64,000 nucleotides of DNA from an uncultured Pseudomonadota bacterium (GTDB taxonomy: Bacteria; Pseudomonadota; Alphaproteobacteria; JACZXZ01): the NCBI GenBank assembly GCA_963749075.1, contig CAVVLJ010000004.1, positions 128,001 to 192,000 of the forward strand, read 5' to 3'. The notes beneath the pieces were generated by a model. It had not been told where the DNA came from, did not search any database, and saw only the letters and a list, made by a program, of their open reading frames with translations. This document shows, in pieces, positions 43,101-51,834 of this stretch; the stretch's first letter is position 1; each line of letters starts with the position of its first letter. A program made the position numbers and the translations under genes.

Positions 43101-44755
43101 CGACACGGCAATATGGCGGAACCGGCCTCGGCCTCGCCATCTCCAAGCGCCTTGTCGAGCTGATGGGCGGTGAGATCGGAGTTACAAGCGAGCCGGGCAA
43201 GGGCAGCACCTTTTGGTTTACCGCTGTCTTCGGGAAGGCCGAGGGTGAGCCGAAGCGCCTGCCCTTGCCGGATATGCGCGGGCGGCGCACGCTCGTGATC
43301 GACGACAACGAGCTTTCGCGTGAGGTGCTCGCCGATTTGCTCGTCTCGCTGACCTTCGATGTAGACCAAGCCAGCGGGGGTATCCAGGGCATCGAAATGG
43401 CGCAGGCGGCCATTCGTGCCGCCAATCCCTATGAGATCGCGCTGGTGGATTGGAAGATGCCGGGAATGGACGGCATCGAGACCGGTAGGCGCCTTCGCGC
43501 ACTCGCGCCCGCCAGCGGCCTGCCGCGTTTGGTGATGGTGACGGCCTACGGCCGCGAGGAGGCGTTCAAGCAGGCGAAAGAGGATTTCGCGGCGGTCCTG
43601 GTGAAGCCGATCAGCCCTTCGACCTTGTTTGCGACCGCCCTCCAGTTGGTCGGGCTCGGTGAGTCCGATCGTGGGTCCGCAAAGCTGCTCGCGCCCTCGC
43701 CAACGCCCGCCGATCTCGGTCTGGGTGGCCTACGCATTCTGCTCGCCGAAGATAACGAGCTGAACCGGGAGGTTGCGGTCGGTTTACTCGACGGCACTGG
43801 CGTTTCCATAGACATCGCAGAGAACGGCGCCGTAACAGTCGAAAAAGTGGAGCAGCAGCCGTATGACATCATCTTGATGGACATGCAGATGCCGGTAATG
43901 GACGGGCTCGAAGCGACTCGATCCATCAAGGCGGACGAGCGGTTCCGCGAGTTGCCGATCATTGCAATGACTGCAAACGCAATGGCTGCCGACCGCGAAC
44001 GCTGCCTCGCCGCAGGCATGAGCGACCACATTGCGAAACCGATCGATCCCGACGAGCTATTCCGGGTTATCGCGCGCTGGGCCAAGCGCGACGGCACGGG
44101 CAGCGTCATTGCGAAACCAGCGCCCGTCGCAACCGGACGGCAAAGCGGTGGTTCCCCTGACCTGCCGGTCATCGAGGGTATAGATACGCATACCGGTCTG
44201 GCGCAAACCGGCGGCAAGCCGGAACAATACGCCAACGTCCTCCTGCGCTTTGCCGAGCGGCACGCGGACAACGCGGCGGAGATCACGGCTGCGCTCAACG
44301 CCGGCGACAACTCGTTGGCACAGCGGCTGGCGCATACACTGAAGGGCCTAGCCGCCACAATTGGCGCTAGCCAGGTATCGGAAGCTGCGCGGCGAGTCGA
44401 GCTGGGCTTAAAAAACGGCGAACGGGTCGCTGGCGCGATCGACAATCTGGCGAGTTGTCTCCCGCAGGTCATCGCTGGGATCCATGCAGCCTTTGCCGCA
44501 ACGGTTACCCCTTCCGCCGGCTCCATCGCAAGCGCGAGCGATTGCGCGGAGCAATTGCGGGTCCTCAGGAAACTGCTCGAGCATGATGACGGAGATGCGG
44601 CCAACTTCATGGCCCGGATCGCTCCCGGCCTTAGCGGCATACTGACCGGGGACGAAATAGCCTCCCTGTCGCGCACCGTCGGCGAATTCGATTTTTCAGC
44701 GGCGCTCATCACGCTCGATCGCGTGTGCCGTCGCCTGTCACTGGAGTCCGCATGA
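40101..44755 (+). CDS. Hybrid sensor kinase (TM-Cache-HAMP-3xPAS-HisKA-HATPase-2xREC-HPt); -1 frameshift at about 40408; H-box His replaced by Tyr
   Basis: 40101..40412 joins the 40535 frame if one C is added (KA-LIDSY); SMSYEIRTP, NNAVKFT, DTGIG, GGTGLGL, DWKMP, DMQMP, AHTLKG. Confidence 0.88.
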
Positions 44756-44756
44756 T

Positions 44757-45851
44757 ATGAGCGCAATCGATCGCAAATGCGTGCTTATCGTCGATGATTC
44801 GCCGGAAAACATTTCGATTGCGACGACCGTCCTTCGCGACGCGTATCGCATCAAGGTCGCAACAAACGGGCCTCGCGCGCTCGAGTTGGCAGAGGGCGAG
44901 GATAAGCCGGACCTGATCCTGCTTGATATAGTCATGCCCGACATGGATGGTTATGAGGTGTGCCGCCGCCTAAAGGCAAATCCGGCCGTGGGGAGCATCC
45001 CCGTCATTTTCCTGAGCGCTCAAAGCTCGGTCGAGGAGGAAACGCGCGGCTTCGAAGTGGGTGCCGTCGATTATATCCATAAACCGTTCAGCCCGCCCAT
45101 TATGCGCGCCCGCGTGCGAGCCCACCTGTTGGTGAAGGAAGCGCGGGATTTTCTGCACGAGCAGAACGAAATACTCGAACGAAAGGTGCAACAGCGCACC
45201 CTTGAACTCTCGACCATACAGGACGCGACGATCGCCGCGATGGCCTCGCTGGCCGAGACGCGCGACAACGAAACCGGAAACCACATCCGCCGCACGCAGC
45301 ATTACGTCAAGGCATTGGCGCTCAGGCTCAAAGATCACCCGCGTTTTCGCGACGCGCTCACGCCGGAGACAATCGAGCTGCTGTTCAAGTCCGCTCCGCT
45401 TCACGATATCGGCAAAGTGGGCGTTCCCGATTCTATCCTGCTGAAACCGGGGCGACTGACCGCTGACGAATTCGAAGTGATGAAGCAACACACGACCATC
45501 GGCCGGGACGCTATAGAGGCGGCCGAGGCTGGACTGAATATTGAGGTTTCGTTCCTGCGTTTCGCGAAGGAGATCGCCTATTCGCATCAGGAAAAGTGGA
45601 ATGGCTCGGGTTATCCGCAAGGAATCGGCGGTGACGATATTCCGATTTCGGCCCGGCTGATGGCAGTAGCCGACGTCTACGACGCGCTGATCAGCCGCCG
45701 CGTGTATAAGGAGCCCATGACTCACGAGGCCGCCGTCGAGTTCATTACTACGGGCTCCGGCAGCCATTTTGACCCCGACATGGTCGAGGCCTTTCTCAAT
45801 ATGGCCGACGAGTTTTACGCGATATCGCAACGCTACGCCGACCAACACTGA
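44757..45851 (+). CDS. REC + HD-GYP cyclic di-GMP phosphodiesterase (RpfG-like)
   Basis: VDD..LLDIVMP..KP receiver; ETGNH..R, LHDIGK, HQEKWNGSGYP, ADVYDAL..R.YK. Confidence 0.93.
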   Translation: MSAIDRKCVLIVDDSPENISIATTVLRDAYRIKVATNGPRALELAEGEDKPDLILLDIVMPDMDGYEVCRRLKANPAVGSIPVIFLSAQSSVEEETRGFEVGAVDYIHKPFSPPIMRARVRAHLLVKEARDFLHEQNEILERKVQQRTLELSTIQDATIAAMASLAETRDNETGNHIRRTQHYVKALALRLKDHPRFRDALTPETIELLFKSAPLHDIGKVGVPDSILLKPGRLTADEFEVMKQHTTIGRDAIEAAEAGLNIEVSFLRFAKEIAYSHQEKWNGSGYPQGIGGDDIPISARLMAVADVYDALISRRVYKEPMTHEAAVEFITTGSGSHFDPDMVEAFLNMADEFYAISQRYADQH

Positions 45852-45983
45852 CAGCCGGATCGCGCCCTGCTCCTGGTCTTCTGTGTCGTTCCACCGGGTA
45901 CCGAGCACACCACTCCGCCAGAGCATGCGACGGCCCTTACCCGCACCGTCATGGCCTTTGCCACCCTATTTTGATCCGCATAG

Positions 45984-46532
45984 TTGGCCGACTATACGGC
46001 GGCGTGTCTGTCTCGCTCGTCGATCGCGGACGGCTTCAACGGCTTCGTGGTTCACCTGGCCAACCATGACGTGATGCTCTGGGCGGTCTCTCGGTCGCCG
46101 CTCGCGAAGCTGCCGGCGTACAAGCGGCGAATGGGCTGGAGCTTTCCCTCGGCGTCCTCGCTCGCCAGCGACTTCAATTGCGACTTCAATATCTCCTTCA
46201 TCGAAGAGCACCAGCGCGGGGGAGTCATTGAATACAACCGTGAGTTCGGCGGCGACGCGATGGACGCGATGTCGGTCCCGGAGCCTGTCGCCCAGTTCGC
46301 GGCCATGTGTGCAACTGACGCGCACACATACTCGCGCGATAGGCCGGGCATAAGCGCGTTCGTGCTCGAGGACGGCGTCGTCCATCACACCTATCCCGCC
46401 TATGCGCGCGGAGTGGATGGCCTCTGGGGCATGTACCAGTGGCTCGACCGCGCCCCTAAGGGGCGCAACGAGAAAGGCGTCCGGTGGCGCCGCCGTGACG
46501 AGTACGCCAACCAAGGCACGGACGCGCGCTGA
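45984..46532 (+). pseudogene. DUF899 thioredoxin-like protein, 5'-truncated
   Basis: VSRSPL.KL..YK.RMGWSFP..SS..SDFN.DF, HTY..YARG, WLDRAPKGRNE; N-terminus missing and CxxC decayed (CLSR). Confidence 0.7.
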
Positions 46533-46624
46533 GGCGCGGCTGCAGGGCGATGAGTGTCCGATCCTCAGCGCGGTTGAGGTGGAGTGGTCGAGCAGCGCGG
46601 GAAAGCAACAAGGACTCGAACGAA

Positions 46625-46740
46625 ACGAACTATGAGTTGGTGAGCGGAGTGGCGCAAATCAACCGAATGACCGCTGCTGGCACATTTCCGACGATCCGAT
46701 CGCCGCGTTGGAAGTCTGCAGCTGGGTCGCAAGCGGAAAT
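46625..46740. repeat. Array of two to three degenerate palindromic units (right edge of island)
   Basis: GACCGCTGCTGGCACATTTCCGAC (46669) and GTCTGCAGCTGGGTCGCAAGCGGAAAT (46714); weaker unit ending GAGCGGAG at about 46645. Confidence 0.55.
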
Positions 46741-46829
46741 TCAAACTGCGACACTCGACCCGTGCCATGCCGCTCGCTCTCGCGGGCTCGGGCGACTCTC
46801 GCGGCCGCGCTCATGTCCGCGCAGCATCG

Positions 46830-49800
46830 CTACAGCAGCTTGAGCTGCCTCTCCTCCGGTTTCCGCCGCGCCGGCTCGGCGCGCTGGTGCTTGACGAGCT
46901 CGCTCTCGATGTCGGCGAGGAAGGGCGAGGGAGCGAGGCTCTTCACGTGGCCGCGCCACAGCCGCTTTGCCGCACGGCTGAGGATGAGGCGGTCCTTGGC
47001 GCGCGTCATGCCGACGTAGAGGAGGCGGCGCTCCTCCGCCGCGGCGTCGTCGTCGAGCCCGTTCCAATGGAGCGGCAGGAGCCCGTCCTCGAGCCCGGCG
47101 ATGAAGACGACGGCGAATTCCAAGCCCTTTGCCGCGTGGAGTGTTAGGAGCGAGACGCGGTCGGCGCGCGGGTCCCAGAAGTCGCTCTCGGCGGCAAGCG
47201 CCACCGCGTCGGCGAAGCGCCGGCCGTCGCCGCCTGCGGCCTCGGCGAGGAGCGAGAGGCGTCTCAGCGCCGTCTCCAGAGCCGCGGCATGGGGCGCCTC
47301 CTTGCGGCGGCGGAGACGCTCGGCCGCCGCCGCGAGCCGCGTGGGGAGGAGGGCCGGGTCGCCGCCCCCGCCCTCGCCTTCTCCCTTGGCGGCGAGCTCG
47401 GCCAAGAGGCTCGCGACCCCGGGCTGGGCCGCGAGCGGATCGTGCGAGCTCCGCTTGAACGGCATGCCTGAGCGGGCGAAGGCCTCGACGAAGGCGGCCA
47501 ACTGGGCGTCGGTGCGGTAGAGCACGGCGAAATCCGCGAAGGAGAGGTTGGCGCTTCCGGCGCCGGCGGCGCGGCCGCTGTCGATCGAGAAGAAGCTGTG
47601 CCCGCCGATGAGCCGCTCGATCGTCGCCACGGCGAACTCGGCCTCGGCGGCCTCCGTGGCTGCCGTGTGGATGGCGATGCGCTCGTGCATCTCGCGCACC
47701 AAGGCTCCGAGCGGCCGGCTCTCCGGCGATGCCGCGAGGAGCTGGGCCGAGGCCGCGACGATGGTGCCGCTCGAGCGGTAGTTGCGCGCGAGCGCCACGG
47801 TGGCGGCGTGCGGATAGTCCGCCTTGAAGTGCTGGAAACACGTGGCATCGGCGCCGCGGAAGCCGTAGATCGCCTGGTCGGGATCGCCGATCGCGCATAG
47901 ATCGCCGTCGCCCGGTGCCAAGAGCGTCAGCAGGCGGTATTGCTCTCTATCCACGTCCTGGAACTCGTCGACCGAGACGGCGCGCCAGCGCGCGCGGTAG
48001 GCGCGGGCGAGCTCGGCATCGCTCTCGAGCGCCTTCACCGCGAGGCCCACGAGATCGTCGAAGTCGACCCAGTCGCGCAGCGCCAGGGCCTCCCGGTAGG
48101 CCGCAAGTGCGGCCGCGACATCGGCGCTCGGCGCTGCCGCACCGCGCTTCGCTTTCGAGATGGCGCCGATGAGGCGCCCGGCCTTATGGCCCGAGCAGGC
48201 GAGCGCCTCGGCGAGGGCGCCGCGGCACTCCGCCTCGCTCGCCAGGCGGAAGCCGCGGTGGAGGCCGGCAGCACTGCCGTGCTCGCGCAAGATCGCGAGG
48301 CCGAGCGAATGGAAGGTGTGGATGGCGATCTCGGGCGCGGCGTCGGGGACGAGCCGGGCCAGCCGCTCGCCGAGCTCGGCGGCGGCGCGGCGCGTGAACG
48401 TGATGGCGAGGCAGGCCGCCGCCGGCACGCCCCGCTCGGCGATGAGATGGGCGATGCGGTGGGTGAGCGTGCGCGTCTTGCCCGAGCCGGGGCCGGCGAC
48501 GATGAGGAGCGCTCCCCCGAGCGCTCCGGCCGCGGCGCGCTGGTCGGCGTCGAGGCCCGCAAGAATGTCCGCTCGCGGAGCGCTCTCCTCGAGAGAGCCG
48601 CGCTGCTCGGCGGCCGGCGCCTCAGCGCGCGGCTGGCTGCGCGGGTCCGCTTGCTTGGCCGCCTCCTTGCGCTTGGCACCGGGCGCCTCGAAGAGGAGGC
48701 CGCCCGCGGTGCGCCGCTTGAGCTCGGCCTTCCCGAAGAGGCGGATGACGCCGTACTCGCCGTCGTAGCCCGCCTCGCGGATCACGGCGCCCTTACGCAG
48801 GCGCTGGATCGCCTCGGCAAGGAGCGAGGAGTCGGCGCGCGCGATGTCCTCGAGCGGCACCGATTGCAGGATGGCGAGCTCCGGGCCGAGGGCGCCGATC
48901 AGCCGCTCGTAATGGCGCTCGACGGTGCGGCTCGCCGGTCCGACGGACGCGAGCTCCGAGAGCACCTCGGGGAGCGGCACCAGGTTGGCGACCTCGCCCG
49001 CCTTGGGCGGCGGCAGCGCCTCCGCCTCGCTGCGGTCGGCCAGCGCCTCTACCCGGTGGAGCACGCCGACCGTGACGGGCGCGCCGCACACCGGGCAGCG
49101 CCCGCCGGCCGCCAGCGTCTCGCCGGGCGAGAGGCGGGCGTTGCACTTGCGGTGGCCGTCGAGGTGGTACTTGCCCTCCTCGGGGAAGAACTCGACGGTG
49201 CCGACGTAGCCCGGCCCGCCCTCGAGTGCGGCGCGCATGGCGAAGTAGTCGAGCGGGCAGTCGAAGAGCGTCGTCTCGCGCCCGAGCTTGGCCGGCGAAT
49301 GGGCGTCGGAATTGGAGACCAGGCGGTAGCGGTCGAGGAAGGAGAGCCGCCAGTTCATCGGCGGGTCGGAGGAGAGGCCGGTCTCCACGGCGAAGATGTG
49401 GTCGGCGAGGTCGCCGTAGCACTCGACGATCGAATCGAAGCCCGATTGCGAGCCGAGCACGGCGAACCACGGCGTCCAGATATGCGCCGGCACGAGGTAG
49501 GCGCCGGGGCCGGCCTCGAGGACGATCTCGAGGAGATGGCGCGAATCGAGCCCCAGGATGGGACGGCCGTCCGACGCGATATTGCCGATGCGCGCGAGCC
49601 GTGCCGCGATGCGCTCGGCCACCTCGAAGTCGGGCGCATAGAGCAGATGGTGGATTTTGCGCGTGAGCGGGCCCTTCTTGTAGATGGTCGAGATCTCGAC
49701 CGAGAGCATGAAACGCACGGGCGTGCGGCAGGCGGGCGGCAGCAACTCGGCGAGGCCCCGCTCGCTCTCGTCCGCGAGGCGGAAGAGCCCGGGCTCGGCC

Positions 49801-49973
49801 GGCACGAGCTTCTCCCTGAGCTCGGCGCGCCAGACGGGGTGGGTGAAATCGCCGGTGGCGACGACCGCGATGCCCTTGCGCCGCGCCCAATAGGCGAGGT
49901 GCTCGAGATCGCAATCCCGGCTCGTGGCGCGCGAGTATTTGGAATGGACGTGGAGATCGGCGTGGAAGCGCAT
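46830..49973 (-). CDS. Endonuclease Q (PHP) - UvrD/PcrA-like helicase fusion
   Basis: DLHVHSKYSRATS, GDFTHP, PAHIWTPW, SNSDAHS, GKYH.DGHRKC..CPVC; GPGSGKT, DEFQD, GDPDQAIYGFRGA, NYRS, TLHAAKGLEF, YVGMTRA. Confidence 0.9.
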   Translation of the reverse strand: MRFHADLHVHSKYSRATSRDCDLEHLAYWARRKGIAVVATGDFTHPVWRAELREKLVPAEPGLFRLADESERGLAELLPPACRTPVRFMLSVEISTIYKKGPLTRKIHHLLYAPDFEVAERIAARLARIGNIASDGRPILGLDSRHLLEIVLEAGPGAYLVPAHIWTPWFAVLGSQSGFDSIVECYGDLADHIFAVETGLSSDPPMNWRLSFLDRYRLVSNSDAHSPAKLGRETTLFDCPLDYFAMRAALEGGPGYVGTVEFFPEEGKYHLDGHRKCNARLSPGETLAAGGRCPVCGAPVTVGVLHRVEALADRSEAEALPPPKAGEVANLVPLPEVLSELASVGPASRTVERHYERLIGALGPELAILQSVPLEDIARADSSLLAEAIQRLRKGAVIREAGYDGEYGVIRLFGKAELKRRTAGGLLFEAPGAKRKEAAKQADPRSQPRAEAPAAEQRGSLEESAPRADILAGLDADQRAAAGALGGALLIVAGPGSGKTRTLTHRIAHLIAERGVPAAACLAITFTRRAAAELGERLARLVPDAAPEIAIHTFHSLGLAILREHGSAAGLHRGFRLASEAECRGALAEALACSGHKAGRLIGAISKAKRGAAAPSADVAAALAAYREALALRDWVDFDDLVGLAVKALESDAELARAYRARWRAVSVDEFQDVDREQYRLLTLLAPGDGDLCAIGDPDQAIYGFRGADATCFQHFKADYPHAATVALARNYRSSGTIVAASAQLLAASPESRPLGALVREMHERIAIHTAATEAAEAEFAVATIERLIGGHSFFSIDSGRAAGAGSANLSFADFAVLYRTDAQLAAFVEAFARSGMPFKRSSHDPLAAQPGVASLLAELAAKGEGEGGGGDPALLPTRLAAAAERLRRRKEAPHAAALETALRRLSLLAEAAGGDGRRFADAVALAAESDFWDPRADRVSLLTLHAAKGLEFAVVFIAGLEDGLLPLHWNGLDDDAAAEERRLLYVGMTRAKDRLILSRAAKRLWRGHVKSLAPSPFLADIESELVKHQRAEPARRKPEERQLKLL

Positions 49974-50489
49974 GGGATGCTCTGCCTGGGCCGCAGGCGC
50001 TGGAACGCCGGAGAGATGCCGCGGCCATTCTACGCCCGACGCCGCGGCAAATGAAGGCGGCGTTGCGGCGGATGGCGATTAGGCTTCGCTCAATTTTTCA
50101 CGATGCCGCCCTCTCGGGTCGCTCGCCGGCGGCTCGGCGAAGCCCCAAGGCGAACCGATCCGCCGCCGCCGCTGATCGCGGCGAAGATCGGGCAAGCTAC
50201 GGCGGCAGGAAGCGGATTCCCGCCGAAGCTTCGCTCGCCGTGGTCGGATGATCCTTTGACCTCATGCGTCTAAGAACCGTCGAAGACAGACATTCCGGAC
50301 GGAATGGTAGTCACGGTGGATGGGCGCCCGTTGCCCTATGATTAGAGATGGGACCGCCATCTATAGCATTCGGGATGTTATAGTTTCTGGCAATCATCTC
50401 ACGATAACAATTTGATAATATTAAGGCGATAGGATCATCGCCATGCAATTCACGCTTGACGGCCAGTGGTATACGCGGGAGGATAATGC

Positions 50490-50912
50490 ATGATTCTCTC
50501 GGGGGAGGCGAGTCTTCAGGTGCCTGAAGCTGCCGAGAATCGGCCCGTAGATTGGACGAGGGTTCTGCTTCGTCTGATCGACAAAACAGCGTCGGTTCTT
50601 ATAGCGGCTGCTTACGCTGGCGGTCTTGTCGGCGTGACTTACTACCTCTCGCTAGCCGTAGGGCACCTCGCCGGCCACAATACCGCCCTACTTGTATCCT
50701 ATCTTACCGACACTGGCTCTGGACTAACAGTCACGGTGAGCTTAACAACCGGTGTATTCGGTGGGATATATGGCCTGCGGCAGCGATGGCTCTACCGCCG
50801 GGCGGTAGCCTACTTTGCACCAAGGCTGGCAAGATACGAGCAGCAGATGGACCCGAATCGCTCGTCCAGCGGCTTAACGCCGCAGGGCAAAACGAATCCG
50901 GATGACATATAG
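50490..50912 (+). CDS. Hypothetical membrane protein (2 TM)
   Basis: GGAGG RBS; two hydrophobic segments; polar tail DPNRSSSGLTPQGKTNPDD; lower GC. Confidence 0.65.
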   Translation: MILSGEASLQVPEAAENRPVDWTRVLLRLIDKTASVLIAAAYAGGLVGVTYYLSLAVGHLAGHNTALLVSYLTDTGSGLTVTVSLTTGVFGGIYGLRQRWLYRRAVAYFAPRLARYEQQMDPNRSSSGLTPQGKTNPDDI

Positions 50913-51518
50913 GTGGCGGCCGTGAGCAATGAAGCTAATGCCATCTTTCTTTTGGTGGCACTGTTCCTGTTCATGCTGTGGTTTTACGGACCTTGGCAGA
51001 CCCAATGTGTTGATTGGGCGCGGCGCAAGATGTTCGAGTCGCGGAATGCAATTTTTGATATGGCTGCCGATGGGAAGGTTTCCTTCGATTCGCGAGAATA
51101 TCGGCAGATTCGGTTGGCAATCGAGACACTGATTAGATTCACCCATCACGTCTCCTGGCCGCGGCTGGTGTTCTTCGCGATTTCGCGGCGGTTCATCGTT
51201 GATGATAGATCGTCCGTGCAGGACGTTCTCGATACTCGTCTCGGGGAGATCAAAAATGACTCGGTGAGGAATGAGATGGTGCCGCATATCACTGTGGTTA
51301 AGGATGCGCTCGTCTATTCTTTCCTCTCTCGCTCAGTCGTTCTGATGGTGGTATCCGCCCTTTTTATGGCCGCGTTATATCTAGGCGTCCCGATCTATGT
51401 CATTTGTAAGAGATTGTCTGACGCGATCTTTGACGCGATTCAGCGAGACGCGCAGGCCTTGGACCGCCCTGGCGGCTTGGGCGGCTCGCGCGTGAGAAAT
51501 ATGGGACGTATTTTCTAG
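50913..51518 (+). CDS. Hypothetical membrane protein (start may be GTG 50922)
   Basis: Abuts the previous stop; N-terminal TM, soluble FESRNAIFDMAADGKVSFD..Y..IRFTH domain, C-terminal TMs. Confidence 0.65.
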   Translation: MAAVSNEANAIFLLVALFLFMLWFYGPWQTQCVDWARRKMFESRNAIFDMAADGKVSFDSREYRQIRLAIETLIRFTHHVSWPRLVFFAISRRFIVDDRSSVQDVLDTRLGEIKNDSVRNEMVPHITVVKDALVYSFLSRSVVLMVVSALFMAALYLGVPIYVICKRLSDAIFDAIQRDAQALDRPGGLGGSRVRNMGRIF

Positions 51519-51834
51519 CCGTGTGACATCACCCGCTGGTCTGGCTCCTTCAACGGCAAGATCGCTCAAAGTAGCCCACTACCCCGCCGCTTGACCCTCG
51601 GCACTTCGCATGCCATTTTTCTTGGGCGCGCTCCGGTTCCGTCCGTCGAGCCGTGGCCCGTCTCGAAGTGCTCTCTTGGCCGCCGGGGAACAGGGCACCC
51701 CGCGGGAACCATAGAGAATCCCGGGATACTCGCATGGTGGGCAGTCGGCCGATGCCGGAGGCGTGCTGCCATGGCGGTGCGGCGGTGGCGGGGGCTTGCG
51801 TATCCGTGCATTTCACGACAGCGAGAGGGTGCCC

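Noticed and set aside
5113-46760. One large tRNA-Gln-anchored island or prophage
   Set aside because: No integrase, no phage genes and no duplicated tRNA 3' end seen; intervening genes have host-like composition
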